34,585 nt of DNA from Candidatus Bathyarchaeia archaeon (GTDB lineage Archaea > Thermoproteota > Bathyarchaeia > TCS64), in NCBI GenBank assembly GCA_050014495.1, contig JBEKDF010000029.1:1-34585 (forward strand), written 5' to 3'. Below the pieces are notes generated by a model, which saw nothing but the letters and a program-made list of their open reading frames with translations, was not told the DNA's origin and did not search any database. Of the stretch, positions 1 through 10,678 are shown piece by piece. The translations under genes were made by a program, and so were the position numbers. Positions within the stretch are counted from its first letter, which is position 1, and each line of letters begins with the position of its first letter.

Positions 1-174
1 TCTATGGGGTTGAAGGGGATGGGTTCTACGAGAAGGTGAGGGGTTTGGGATATGCCCGGGATTGCCCCCAAATTCGGTGAGGGGGATTATGACCATTTTT
101 AACCATTTTAGGGACAAGCCAGTGCGCACGATCTCAAATTGGTATAACCCGTTTTATTCTAGTCTTACGCACGT

Positions 175-3054
175 TTGATCGTGCCCTCTGTCTTCGATCT
201 GCTACACCCACGCTTACGGGAGGCGCTAACCAACTTCGGGATGGCAAAGCCGACGCCTCCGCAGGAGAGGGTAATCCCACCGATCCTTGGTGGAGAGAAC
301 GTCCTACTCATCGCCCCCACCGCAAGCGGGAAAACCGAAGCAGCCATCCTCCCCGTCTTCGACGCCTACCTACGCGAGGGGGACAAAACTGGTATCAAAA
401 TCATCTACATAACCCCTCTTAGGGCGCTGAACAGGGACATTGAAAAGCGTATGATGGCATGGGCCGAGTACCTCGGCATAGACGTTCAGGTCCGCCACAG
501 CGACACGACCCAGAAGCAGAGGAGGAGCCAGCTCAGGAAGCCGCCACAGATGCTTATCACCACACCTGAGACGCTTCAGGCGATCCTACCTGCAAAGGAT
601 ATGCGGAAGCATCTAGCCTCCGTCAGATGGGTGATAATCGATGAGATACATGACCTCGCCGCGTCTAAGAGGGGGGCGCAACTGACAGTTGGCTTGGCAC
701 GACTCGATGGGGTTGCTGCGAAGCCCCCGCAGAGGATCGGCCTCTCCGCTACTGTTGGCAACCCCAAAGCAATTGCCGCTTTCCTCGCTGGACCCCACCC
801 CATCAGGATTGTTGAAGTTACCGTCGATAAGGATTACGTCTACGATGTTGAGTACCCTGAGCCGAGGGATGAAGACTTCGACATTGGGAGCGACCTCAAC
901 ACCACGCCGCGTGCAGCCTCACGACTACGAGTTATAAGGGACCTCATTCGAGCCCACAACTCCACCCTCATCTTCGTCCAGGGGAGAGGGCAGGCTGAGA
1001 GCCTCGGCTACAAGTTAGGGAAGCTGGACTCCGGCATCGAGGTTCATCACGGGAGCCTGAGCAGGGAGCAGCGCCACATAGTAGAGGACAAGTTTAAGGC
1101 TGGGGAGCTCAAAGCGATAGTCGCCACCTCCACTCTTCAGCTAGGAATCGACGTCGGCAATGTCGATCTAACCATCCAATACAATAGTCCTCGACAGGTC
1201 TCTACCCTCATCCAACGCGTTGGCCGAGCCGGCCACAGGCTCGGTAGGCTCTCCCAGGGCATCCTGATCACAGCTTACGGGGAGGACGCTCTGGAGTCGA
1301 TGGTGACCGCTCGTAAGGCGAAAGTGAATGATATAGAGCCTACTGAGCCCCACGTCAATCCTCTCGACGTCCTCGCTCATCAGATAACTGGGATTACCCT
1401 CGATAATTGTGAAGTCGAAGCAGAAAAAATATTTTCACTTATCAGTTGTGACTCAAGCTGCTTCAATACCCTCAGAAGAAGCGACTTCTATGAGGTCGTA
1501 GACTTCCTCAACGCTATCAGGATAGTGAACAGGAGAGGAGATAAGCTGGAGAAGACGAAGAAGGGACAGAGATACTACTTCGAGAACATCGGTATGATCA
1601 ACGACGAGAGGCGCTACCCCTTCATCAACGTCGCTACGGATCAGATCATCGGTACCGTAGGCGACGAGTTCTGGACCCTACGCGCACGCGTCGGCCTCAA
1701 CGTTATTCTACGCGGTAGGGTCTGGAAAATACTCCAGATAGACGAGGACGAGGGGCGCTTATTTGTCCTGCCAAGCGACGACCCACTCGGTGCCCTACCC
1801 GGCTGGGACGGCGAACTAATCGGGGTCACCAAGGACATCGCAGAGGAGGTCGGCGACCTCAGGGAGAGGATTGCAGAGCGCATTAAGGTGAGTGGTCTCG
1901 ATGCTACAGTCGAAGAACTCTCAAAGGAACTCAGGGTGCCACTCGCCACCATAGCTGTAGCAGCAAAGGAGGTGGACGACCAACTTAAACACGGCTTCCC
2001 CATCCCCACCAAGGAACACATCATCCTCGAGGCATACGAACACTACATCATACTGCACACGGCCTACGGGAACAAGGTAAACACTACCCTGGGCTGTGTC
2101 CTAGACGCCGCTCTTAGCGAGCGCGACCTTATACTTGGCTGGTGGAGTGACGCATACCGCATCCTGATCGAGACTCCCCAGAAGGCGAGCAAGTACGACG
2201 TTAATGACCTAATGAATGTCCTGAAGATCCTCACACCCGAGGACTCGGAGAAGCGGCTCAATGAGTACTTGGAGTCCCGCTTCCCCTACGCCTACAACAT
2301 GAAGTTTATCGCCGAGCGCTTCGGGGCTATCCCCCGTGGCAAGACTATGGGGACGGAGGCACTACACCGACTCTACCGCAGATACAGAAACAGCCCCATC
2401 TACAAGGAAGCCCTCCGCGAGGTCTACCGAGAGAAGCTCGACCTCCAATCAGTGAAGAAGATCTCCGGCGATATCTATTCGAGCAGTGTCAAGCTGAGCT
2501 ATGTTCAAGCGAAAGAGCCCAGCCCACTCGCCCGCCACATACTCGAAGCTTACGCTGACCTTGAGGAGCTCATGGACTCGAGCATCACCGTCCCCGACCA
2601 ACTAGAGTACATGAAAAAGAGGGTACTCGCTCGCGAAGTGAAGCTGAGCTGCATGAACTGCAACGGGTGGAACACGGAGGCGAGGATCAGGGACCTCCCT
2701 GAGCGTCCCATATGCCCCCACTGTGGCTCGGGTCTCCTGGCGGTCCTACGAAGATTTGAGGACCCTGCTCACTTTCAGTCCCTACTAAACCGCATGAAGT
2801 CGGGTGAGCAACTCCTCCCTGAGGAAGCTGACACTGTCACAAACGGGCGAAAGACCGCTGACATGGTCCTCAGCTATGGGCACAAGGCTCTCGAGGCCCT
2901 GGCGGTCCATGGTGTGGGTCCCATCACAGCTTACCAGGTTCTCAGTAGAATGCACGCAACTGACAAAGATTTCTACTCGGACCTGCTGAAGGCAAAGATC
3001 CAGTATATGCGTACTCGGCAATACTGGGATGATAAGAAGGATAAAATGAAGTAA
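175..3054 (+). CDS. lhr: ATP-dependent SF2 helicase, Lhr family, with C-terminal Zn ribbon
   Basis: Motifs APTASGKT, TPLRALN, DEIH, SAT, QRVGRAGH; C-terminal CxxC...CPHC; 959 aa. Confidence 0.93.
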   Translation: MIVPSVFDLLHPRLREALTNFGMAKPTPPQERVIPPILGGENVLLIAPTASGKTEAAILPVFDAYLREGDKTGIKIIYITPLRALNRDIEKRMMAWAEYLGIDVQVRHSDTTQKQRRSQLRKPPQMLITTPETLQAILPAKDMRKHLASVRWVIIDEIHDLAASKRGAQLTVGLARLDGVAAKPPQRIGLSATVGNPKAIAAFLAGPHPIRIVEVTVDKDYVYDVEYPEPRDEDFDIGSDLNTTPRAASRLRVIRDLIRAHNSTLIFVQGRGQAESLGYKLGKLDSGIEVHHGSLSREQRHIVEDKFKAGELKAIVATSTLQLGIDVGNVDLTIQYNSPRQVSTLIQRVGRAGHRLGRLSQGILITAYGEDALESMVTARKAKVNDIEPTEPHVNPLDVLAHQITGITLDNCEVEAEKIFSLISCDSSCFNTLRRSDFYEVVDFLNAIRIVNRRGDKLEKTKKGQRYYFENIGMINDERRYPFINVATDQIIGTVGDEFWTLRARVGLNVILRGRVWKILQIDEDEGRLFVLPSDDPLGALPGWDGELIGVTKDIAEEVGDLRERIAERIKVSGLDATVEELSKELRVPLATIAVAAKEVDDQLKHGFPIPTKEHIILEAYEHYIILHTAYGNKVNTTLGCVLDAALSERDLILGWWSDAYRILIETPQKASKYDVNDLMNVLKILTPEDSEKRLNEYLESRFPYAYNMKFIAERFGAIPRGKTMGTEALHRLYRRYRNSPIYKEALREVYREKLDLQSVKKISGDIYSSSVKLSYVQAKEPSPLARHILEAYADLEELMDSSITVPDQLEYMKKRVLAREVKLSCMNCNGWNTEARIRDLPERPICPHCGSGLLAVLRRFEDPAHFQSLLNRMKSGEQLLPEEADTVTNGRKTADMVLSYGHKALEALAVHGVGPITAYQVLSRMHATDKDFYSDLLKAKIQYMRTRQYWDDKKDKMK

Positions 3055-3055
3055 C

Positions 3056-3400
3056 TTACTCGTCGTCCTTCAGGTACTTTCCCTCGTCGCCGGCCTCAAG
3101 GGCAAAATTCATAAGTGCCATGCTCGCGCCAGCATTCAGGGCCGCTGAGATGGCGATGACCTACGCGAGCTCCTCTTTTATTGCACCGGCAGCCAACGCC
3201 CTCTTAGCATGGGCCTCGATGCAGTACGGGCACCTAGTGATGTATGTGGCTGCAACCGCACAGAGATCTTTAGTATTTACATCGAGTTTGCCTGGCTCGA
3301 AGACTTTCTCATCAAAAGCGTCAAACGCCTTCAGGACCTTCTGGTCGAAGTACTTTGAGACTTCCCTATTCCGCTTCTTAGCGTAGTAATATGCTGTAAT
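3056..3400 (-). pseudogene. Carboxymuconolactone decarboxylase/AhpD family protein with internal TAG and no canonical start
   Basis: Manual translation: ...VFEPGKLDVNTKDLCAVAATYITRCPYCIEAHAKRALAAGAIKEELA*VIAISAALNAG...DDE; TAG at 3161-3163; frame opens at ATT 3400 (a GTG near 3416 is out of frame). Confidence 0.8.
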
Positions 3401-3437
3401 CTACGGTTTCCGCCACACCGTATTCAAGCCTTATGGT

Positions 3438-4628
3438 TTAGTGGCTGATAACTTTGGCGATGGCAGAGATACTCTTCTCTACGCCGCCCCCAATTCCCTT
3501 TCGGTTTAGATCAGAGAGGCGCTTATGGAAAGAGTCATCGCCGAGCATCTCCTCAACGAGCAGAAGGAGTCCCTCCTTTTCGATGTTCCTCTGGTGTATG
3601 GCATGGGCGACGCCAAGCTCCTGAGCCCTCCTCGCGTTCCCATACTGTTCGGGGTGTTTAGGGACAGGAATGATTATCGAGGGCTTCCCATAGCAGATGC
3701 TCTGCATCATCGTCTCGTGTCCACCGCGCGATATTACGAGGTCACACGCCTTAAGGAGGTCGAACCTATCATTCACCCAATTAATTTCGATGAGAGAACC
3801 TTTAACGATTGGGTTCGAATTGCCGTTTGGGTTTCCCATCGACATAATAACTCTGTATTCCTCGGGAAACGACTCAAAGATTGGGGCGAGTATCCTGAGC
3901 AGGGGTAACCGCTCTGCGCGTGGACCGCTTATGCCTGCATAGATGAGTTTTTGATTGGGTCTGATCCCAAGCTCCGCCCTTACTTCGTATCTGTCTCTTG
4001 CTTCCCCAGGCATCTTCGGGAGAATGGCTCCGATGAGTTCCACCTTTTTCTGGTATGGACCAGGTATCCTTAGACAGTCAATGCTCAGTGTATAGGGAGC
4101 TTGGAAGTCAGGGATTAGTATCTTATCAGCGTATCCCCACCCTCTTCCGATGAGGGTCATTATGACGCCGTCGGCGGCTTTTGCCAGCATGAACATGTCT
4201 TTCTGCCGGGGGATTAGGGGAGTGAATTGGTTGAGGATAAGAATGACTGGGATGTCGAGCATACTCGCCGCGAAGATGGAGGATAGTCGAGAATCCGAGA
4301 TGACGACGTCTGGTTTGAAAGCCTTTATGTGACTGATTTCCTCATTGACCTGCCTCAGGAATGTGGGGAATACTTTGACACCTTGTCGAACGGAGGACAT
4401 CCTAAGATCAATGCTTCCCGAGGAATCGTTGACCATAGATATAGGTGGGACAGTGACTACTCGGAATCCTTGTCTCTTGGAGTAGTCCACGCCTTCTAGG
4501 TAGGTGGAAAATAGTATCTCAGCTCCACTTCTTCGGAGCTCAGAGGCGATGGGTATGTTACGGCTGACGTGGCCTAACCCAATCCCATTCGGGGTAAAGT
4601 ATGCCCTCGTTCCCCTGAAGTCATCCAA
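3438..4628 (-). CDS. GT-B glycosyltransferase (MurG/GT28-like, MJ1255 type)
   Basis: GIGLGHVSR N-terminal motif; DLVISRGGHETMMQSICYGKPSIIIP..EQ..NA C-terminal motif. Confidence 0.88.
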   Translation of the reverse strand: MDDFRGTRAYFTPNGIGLGHVSRNIPIASELRRSGAEILFSTYLEGVDYSKRQGFRVVTVPPISMVNDSSGSIDLRMSSVRQGVKVFPTFLRQVNEEISHIKAFKPDVVISDSRLSSIFAASMLDIPVILILNQFTPLIPRQKDMFMLAKAADGVIMTLIGRGWGYADKILIPDFQAPYTLSIDCLRIPGPYQKKVELIGAILPKMPGEARDRYEVRAELGIRPNQKLIYAGISGPRAERLPLLRILAPIFESFPEEYRVIMSMGNPNGNSNPIVKGSLIEINWVNDRFDLLKACDLVISRGGHETMMQSICYGKPSIIIPVPKHPEQYGNARRAQELGVAHAIHQRNIEKEGLLLLVEEMLGDDSFHKRLSDLNRKGIGGGVEKSISAIAKVISH

Positions 4629-4635
4629 AGAACCC

Positions 4636-5256
4636 TCACTCGTCCCTAATTTCCAGCCTTTTCACATCTCCACCTGGGGTCTCCTCTGCGAAAATGATGG
4701 CTTGGAACTTGAAGACCTCGGTTCCTGGGATGAGCCAAGCATCGGGTGATAGTCCCGCCTTTAAGCAGCACTGTGAGAGGAATTCCTCGGAGTCCCAGTC
4801 CCATTCCGTAGCAACTTGGGGTAGGAGCAGTCCGCTCCGTCCTCCACGCTTGACTATTAAACCGTCGCAGCCAATCTTGATCGCGGATGGACTTTCCTCG
4901 GGCTTCTTTACACCTATTGACTCTGGCGGCGTTAAGATGCTGACCTCGACGATTATCTCGTTCAGCTCATTTCGATTAAGCTTAGGGAATCTCGGGTCCT
5001 GGAAGGCTGCGGCGTACGCTACATCGTTAACAGCTTCGACAAGTGGCTTGATAGGATAAGGGTAGCCTATGCATCCCCTGAGCTGTGATTTGCCATTTAT
5101 TAAAGTGTTGAGAGTCACAAAGACTCCGCATATCCCTCGCGTTTTCTGGGGGGCATCAGCGAGATTGACCTCGACCTTCGTGAAGAAAGACTCTATAGTT
5201 TTCCTCGCCAATCTGACGAGATATACTCCCTCTTCTAATGTAATGTCGAAGGTCAT
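4636..5256 (-). CDS. AMMECR1 domain protein (TIGR00296-like)
   Basis: GVFVTL, LRGCIG, DPRF, SGLLLPQVA, LKAGL motifs. Confidence 0.92.
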   Translation of the reverse strand: MTFDITLEEGVYLVRLARKTIESFFTKVEVNLADAPQKTRGICGVFVTLNTLINGKSQLRGCIGYPYPIKPLVEAVNDVAYAAAFQDPRFPKLNRNELNEIIVEVSILTPPESIGVKKPEESPSAIKIGCDGLIVKRGGRSGLLLPQVATEWDWDSEEFLSQCCLKAGLSPDAWLIPGTEVFKFQAIIFAEETPGGDVKRLEIRDE

Positions 5257-5317
5257 CTTGTGCTCTCTTCTATCATTCGGGTACCTGTCTCCTTTTTAAA
5301 GCCTGCCGGAAGGTTTT

Positions 5318-5782
5318 CTAAAACTCACTTGTCCCCGTAAGGGTTTCAACGATCCTCGACCAGTGGCTCCCGCGCCAGTAGATGCTTCCGCATCGGGGGC
5401 AAATCCAGTATTCATCGATCACTTTTAATGTCCCTTCGGGAACCTTGTCGTTGACCTGATCCTTCCTAACTTTGTCAACGGTGTTGTTGCATTTTGGGCA
5501 CCGTGCTTGGGTTGGATCGTATTCTAATTCGAATTCTTTGGCGATCTGGCGCAGTGCACCCTTATCATCTTCATTCTCGATGTATATTGCTTCGACGCCA
5601 CGTTTACGAGCCCTGTTGACAAGCGCCTCATCTCTAGTCAATAGGATACGGCCATCTCTCCTTGCACTCTCTATTAAATCGTCGTCTGGGGTGTCCCTCT
5701 TATACTCGGTGTCGTAACTCCCCATACGCAGCCACCTGGATAAGGAGCCGAGCATGCCGTCTAATAGAAAGCGTGGCTTCAT
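5318..5782 (-). CDS. Mut7-C RNase domain protein (PIN-like plus Zn ribbon)
   Basis: FLLDGMLGSLSRWLR, LLTRD, RCPKCN, CPRCGSIYWRGSHW; start moved to ATG 5782. Confidence 0.9.
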   Translation of the reverse strand: MKPRFLLDGMLGSLSRWLRMGSYDTEYKRDTPDDDLIESARRDGRILLTRDEALVNRARKRGVEAIYIENEDDKGALRQIAKEFELEYDPTQARCPKCNNTVDKVRKDQVNDKVPEGTLKVIDEYWICPRCGSIYWRGSHWSRIVETLTGTSEF

Positions 5783-5810
5783 CTCTGGGTTAGAGTTGTT
5801 CACTCGGTGT

Positions 5811-6374
5811 TTATTCTTCCTTCTCCTCGGCTCGGCAATCCTCGCATAGGAACTCGCCATCGACGGCGCGTAGGTTTGTTGAATAAGTCTCACAGCGATC
5901 GCAGTAGCCGACTGTTGAGGGACTGAAACCATTGCCTGCACCATTGATCTTAGAGTTTTCTCTGACTATCTACATGATTGTGGGAATTATTCTGATGATG
6001 TCCTTGTGGCTGATTATGCCCACTAGCTGCCCCTTGTAGGTGACGCCGAGGCGACGGATGTTGAGCTTGTCCATCATCCTCATGGCGTCAATGATGGGTG
6101 TCTCCGCTTTGACAACTCTGAGTGGGCTGGACATAACCTCGCCGGCTTTCACTCCGTGGGGGGACTTACCATCAGCTACAACTCTGAGAACTATATCCCT
6201 CTCGGTGACTATACCAATGGGCTGGTCCTCCGCGTTGTTTACGACGATGGCACCAAGCCTATGCTCACGCATCAATTTAGCGACTTCTGTGATGTCATTC
6301 TCCTCACTTACGGAGAAGACGGGGCTGGACATCGCTTCCCGCACTATCATCTTCGGCTCAAGCTCGAGACTCAA
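5811..6374 (-). CDS. Tandem CBS-domain protein with C-terminal Zn ribbon, interrupted by an in-frame TAG at 5970-5972
   Basis: CBS pair (VREAMS, GIVTERD, GIISHKD); frame continues past the TAG as IVRENSK...GYCDRCETYSTNLRAVDGEFLCEDC...KEE to TAA 5811; TTG start after GGAGG. Confidence 0.85.
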
Positions 6375-6453
6375 CGCCTTATGCCTCCGTTTTGACAACG
6401 GACTCTTGGTATAAAAAGGGTATGAAGTGATAACATGCAGTAAGCGATGAAAT

Positions 6454-6783
6454 CTAGCCACCGACGAGGCTGATGCATCCACAGTTCCCACAGAAGATAA
6501 TACCGCCGTTGGCTTTCTCGGATGTTAAACCGACCCATCCCCCACATTTACTACATCTAACGAGTACGCCACCCCCTGCAGAGGCGGAAGTTTTGATTTC
6601 TCCAGCTTTTTCAATACCTGTTAGGAATGTGGGGCGTCTTAGACCGAGCCGAGATGCCATAATACGTATAGAGTTTGGGCTCCGACTGGGGAGACTATTC
6701 TGGATGTCCAAAAGCGTGGTCATAGTTGGATATAATCTCTGTAGGGTATCGACTTCTTGTTTGGTCCAGCCTCTCTGTTTCAT
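6454..6783 (-). CDS. Small protein with Myb/SANT-like HTH and C-terminal Zn ribbon
   Basis: WTKQEVDTL...LPSRSPNSIR..ASRLGL; CSKC...CGNC. Confidence 0.7.
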   Translation of the reverse strand: MKQRGWTKQEVDTLQRLYPTMTTLLDIQNSLPSRSPNSIRIMASRLGLRRPTFLTGIEKAGEIKTSASAGGGVLVRCSKCGGWVGLTSEKANGGIIFCGNCGCISLVGG

Positions 6784-7262
6784 CAATGCATAGTTACCTC
6801 TGAACTCTTGTTGGAGCATATAGTGTTGCCCATGATCGGAGTATGAGAAGGCGCTCGAGTACGATATTTCAATTCGTTATCTATCCCTTCATCCCACTCT
6901 GAGGTAGCCTCTAAGCCACTTCAAGGGATCAGTTCTCGCCTGATCACACTTCTTTACGTGTTGCCTCACTCGCCGCAGTGACTTCCTATGCTACACGGTA
7001 TGGGCGACCCGTTTCATATTTGATAGTTCTGTTGCGTGAATGGTTAATCAATGAAGGGGGAGTATGGAAAGCGTTATCCACTCTTTGTCACATCCAACTA
7101 AATATCGTCACTCATTATTGAGACCAAAAGCCACTTACTCGAGTTGGTAAAAATGGCTAATGCTCCTAAAAGTCAAATTGACTATTTTTCTAAAAAGCGT
7201 CTAAATAAAAAAGGGTCTGACTTAATACTCTTAATCAGACCGCTCTATTAACGAAAGGTTTA

Positions 7263-8036
7263 ATGGAAAACTATGGGTTGGGTTATGCGACTCCTTTGGA
7301 CATCCACTACATTAGTAAGCCCGAGTTGGACCGCCCTGACATGATTGCAGCGTGGCCCGGAATGGGTTATATAGCCAAGATATCTGCGGACTATCTGCGG
7401 AGGCGCCTCAATGCGAGGCTTTTCGCTGAAATAACCTACTTCCACAATATGCTCGTCTATAACAACGGCGTAGGTGAACTCTCCCCAATAAGACACAGGT
7501 TCTATGTTGCACAGGCCAAGAACCTGATCATCTGTGTGGGGGACGCCCAACCTTCGATCCCTGAGGAGTCGGTGAGTCTGGCTAATAAGGTCGTTGATCT
7601 CGCCGTTGATTTGGGGGTTAAGCGCATGTGGACTATGGCAGCCTACCCAACTGAGTACTCCGATGAACCTCAAGTCTATGGGATCAGTTCTGGAGAAGAG
7701 ATGAAAGTCCTCTTAGAGGCCCAGGGGATCAAGATCGTGAAAGAAGAGGGGGTTGTGAATGGGCTAAATGGCGTGGTAATAGGAGTCGCTAAGTCCCGAG
7801 GCATCCCTGGCGCATGTCTAATGGGAGACATTAAGTATGCGAATGTACCCCAGCACCTCTCATCTAGGGCAGTTCTCATCAAGCTCGCATCCATACTCAA
7901 TCTGGAGCTTGACACCACGCTCTTGGAGAAGAGGGCGAGACGCCTAGACGCGTCCATAAGGAAGAGGCTTGAGGTTTTCGAGGAGGAGACGGATCTACTT
8001 CCCTTCTCCGATAAGAGGCCTGACTACATTAGCTAG
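7263..8036 (+). CDS. PAC2 family (proteasome assembly chaperone-like) protein
   Basis: AAWPGMGYIAKI, GDAQP, GLNG motifs; C-terminal DYIS. Confidence 0.88.
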   Translation: MENYGLGYATPLDIHYISKPELDRPDMIAAWPGMGYIAKISADYLRRRLNARLFAEITYFHNMLVYNNGVGELSPIRHRFYVAQAKNLIICVGDAQPSIPEESVSLANKVVDLAVDLGVKRMWTMAAYPTEYSDEPQVYGISSGEEMKVLLEAQGIKIVKEEGVVNGLNGVVIGVAKSRGIPGACLMGDIKYANVPQHLSSRAVLIKLASILNLELDTTLLEKRARRLDASIRKRLEVFEEETDLLPFSDKRPDYIS

Positions 8037-8135
8037 TTATAAATGATAACTGCTCTTTGCTTAAGATTGGACTCTAAATGCACTGATGCGATACACCCAA
8101 ATATCCCGACGCAGGATAAGAGCGTTGAACGCCCG

Positions 8136-8408
8136 ATGAAACCATCCGAAAAGCTATACTGGATAAAGGTTGGACTTGCTTTCGTCGCTGCTGTTTTGTG
8201 CGTCTCACTCCAGGTCATTGGGAATATTGATGGGACATTAGTCTTCATGATTGGGACTCTCCTATACCTAGCGTCATCGGATTTGTTGTCGGGGTGGCTA
8301 AAGTTGGACCGTGGACACGGTCTCAAGGTTGGGATTGGGGCATACATCTTCATATGGATAATGATGTGGACCCTTCTTTACACGGTCTTTAGGCCTGTGT
8401 TACTTTAA
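8136..8408 (+). CDS. Small three-TM membrane protein, possibly EMC6/Rab5ip-like
   Basis: Three hydrophobic segments; ends GIGAYIFIWIMMWTLLYT; family assignment tentative. Confidence 0.6.
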   Translation: MKPSEKLYWIKVGLAFVAAVLCVSLQVIGNIDGTLVFMIGTLLYLASSDLLSGWLKLDRGHGLKVGIGAYIFIWIMMWTLLYTVFRPVLL

Positions 8409-8787
8409 GAAATTTGTTTGTAGCCAACCTATAGTGAACCAGATCGCTCCAAGCACTGAAGAAGCCGAGGTCAAATGGTTTAGGTCTGCCCTTCAATAGG
8501 ATTTCCCTGAAGTCTCTGCTCTGCTTATCGAGGCCCTCCTCGGTGTTGCTGATCCTGTTAAAGAAGTCCCGCTCGTCTCCGCTTCGGGCGGATGTTAGTA
8601 TTCCTTCGAGGGCCTTTATATAGCCGTCTTGAAACTCTGGATTCGGGTTCTTCCTATTGCGTACTTCTTCGAGGGCCTTATCAGCGTCACTGAAACGTCT
8701 CTCTATTACTGCGTCGAAAAACACTATTACTGCCTCGCGTGTCTTGCCAGTAGCGGTCATTCCTCGGGGTCTGTCAGATCTCTTCAT
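8389..8787 (-). CDS. Hypothetical protein coupled to radA
   Basis: 132-aa ORF overlapping the radA stop; internal repeat FQDGYIKAL / FDLGFFSAW. Confidence 0.7.
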   Translation of the reverse strand: MKRSDRPRGMTATGKTREAVIVFFDAVIERRFSDADKALEEVRNRKNPNPEFQDGYIKALEGILTSARSGDERDFFNRISNTEEGLDKQSRDFREILLKGRPKPFDLGFFSAWSDLVHYRLATNKFLKVTQA

Positions 8788-9778
8788 CGCTCTCTATTCC
8801 TTGCTCAGTTATCCTGATGGGGGCCTCCCCTTCAGGTAGACTTGGGCTTACTGTTAGTTTGGCTATACGTATATTATCTCTGCCTTTTCTGAGGAAAATA
8901 CGTGTGTGGCTCATATGGCCCACTATATGTCCACCCACTGGGGCGACGCTTTTTGTGAAGAAGGCGTCGGGCTGGGACATCACTTGGTTTGTGATTACCG
9001 CGACGGTGTTGAAGGCGCGGCTGAGTCTCATGAGTCTGTGCATGTGCTTATTCAGGAGCTGCTGACGGTTAGCGAGCATCTCTCTGCCTAGGTATTCGCT
9101 GCGGAAGTGACTGGTTAGGCTGTCGACGATTATGAGGCGGATGTTGTTCTCCTTGATAACCTCATCAGCGTTATCGAGGAGGACCATCTGGTGGTCACTC
9201 GTGTATGCCTCAGCGAAGATTATCCGCTTGAGGGCTGCTTCGGGATCGATGTCGAAGCGTTTTGCTATCTGCTGTATTCGCTCAGGGCGGAAGGTATTCT
9301 CAGTATCGATATACAGAGCTCCTCCATCGAGACCTCCCTGCTCCTCTGGGAGCTGGACTGTTACGCAGAGCTGGTGGCAGATCTGGCTCTTCCCTGTCCC
9401 AAACTCACCGTAAAATTCGGTTAGACTTTGAGTCTCGAGCCCTCCCTTTAGAAGGGTATCAAGGCTCATGCAACCAGTTGTGAGTTGTTTAATCTGCTTT
9501 CTAATCTCGACGAGTTCATCGCCACGAACGAAGGTGATAGCTATACTCTTGCGGGCTGCCTCTATGACCTTCCCCGCGGTTTCCTCACCTATTCCGGCGG
9601 TGATTAACTCAGCCGTCGTCGCCATGGCGATAGACTCGACAGTTTTGAATCCTATCTCCTTAAGTTTTGCAGCCATTGCAGGGCCGACAGATGGCAGATC
9701 CTCTATTATTTGATATTTTGCCTTGTAGTAAGCCGAATCGGTTGGTTCGGGTGCATCTTTCTTAGGTGAGCCCGCCAT
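8774..9778 (-). CDS. radA: DNA repair and recombination protein RadA
   Basis: N-terminal HhH (EDLPSVGP), Walker A GEFGTGKSQ, YIDTENTFRPERI, VDSLTSHFR, TNQV; start at ATG 9778. Confidence 0.96.
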   Translation of the reverse strand: MAGSPKKDAPEPTDSAYYKAKYQIIEDLPSVGPAMAAKLKEIGFKTVESIAMATTAELITAGIGEETAGKVIEAARKSIAITFVRGDELVEIRKQIKQLTTGCMSLDTLLKGGLETQSLTEFYGEFGTGKSQICHQLCVTVQLPEEQGGLDGGALYIDTENTFRPERIQQIAKRFDIDPEAALKRIIFAEAYTSDHQMVLLDNADEVIKENNIRLIIVDSLTSHFRSEYLGREMLANRQQLLNKHMHRLMRLSRAFNTVAVITNQVMSQPDAFFTKSVAPVGGHIVGHMSHTRIFLRKGRDNIRIAKLTVSPSLPEGEAPIRITEQGIESDEEI

Positions 9779-10041
9779 ACCGCTTAAGTCTAAGAGACTG
9801 GGGTTAAAAGGGCGTCGGCTGGATTTACCGAGTCTAGTTAAAATCGCACGTGCAATACAAAGTTTCAACAATGAAGATATCACAAATGACTTATGACCGC
9901 TGAGAGACTGAAAAAATAGAGATAGTGCTCAGTTTTATTAACATGACTCCTAGAAATTACAGGGAAAATGCGTCAACATTTTATAAAAAAAATTAACTAC
10001 AGAGCCATTATTATATGAGGAGCATTAAGGTGTCCTTTCTG

Positions 10042-10350
10042 TCACTGAACCTCTATGTTCTCCTCTGGGAAACCCAACTCTATTAGAACATCCTTGACAA
10101 CATCGCGATGGTCACCCATAAGCATGATCTGCTCGTCCTTCGCTGTACCGCCACAAGCGCATTTGTTTTTGAGCTGTGTAGCTATCTTCCTGAGTTGATC
10201 ACTCTTCGAGTCAATCCCGTCAATGATCGTCCAGGTCTTACTCCATTTGCGGTTCTCTAACCGTATCCTTATCCGCTGCTGCTCCCGGCTCATCTCCTCA
10301 CAGACACAAAGGTCTTTCGGGAGGCCGCATACGGGACAAATCTCCGCCAT
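10042..10350 (-). CDS. sui1: Translation initiation factor aIF1/SUI1 homolog
   Basis: CPVCGLPKDLCVC, LKNKCACGGT motifs. Confidence 0.95.
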   Translation of the reverse strand: MAEICPVCGLPKDLCVCEEMSREQQRIRIRLENRKWSKTWTIIDGIDSKSDQLRKIATQLKNKCACGGTAKDEQIMLMGDHRDVVKDVLIELGFPEENIEVQ

Positions 10351-10678
10351 TCTCAATCATGAGTTAGTAGCCTCCTACTAAAAGCTTTGCTGTTTTGGGG
10401 AGAGACTCACAAATATCGACATGATGGGTAACACTGTACTAACTCTTTCTTCCCATGTTTTTCCGAACTGTTTTAGAGTCTTTCTCGGTAAAAAGGGCAT
10501 GGATCGAGGAATTTAGCAACTAATTGGATGCAGATTTTAAAAGCGGGTTTATTTCTTTTGGAGTTTATTTTTTTTCTTCTACTCGCGCACGAATTTCAGA
10601 AATAGAATATTTAAGATTTCTGGAAGATAGTATCGGCTGCTAATATTCTAAGAAATGATGGGGGATGACTCGTTATTG

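Noticed and set aside
1..120. Possible IS right end (G-rich tract ending GGGACAAGCC)
   Set aside because: Only weak similarity to the end at ~30197 and no recognisable transposase in the window
3120..3386. Plus-strand 88-aa ORF and other shadow ORFs
   Set aside because: Antisense or alternate-frame shadows of recognisable genes (here the AhpD/CMD gene)
5783..5944. N-terminal extension of the Mut7-C ORF
   Set aside because: It overlaps the CBS protein's zinc-ribbon tail in another frame; the family starts at MKPRFLLD
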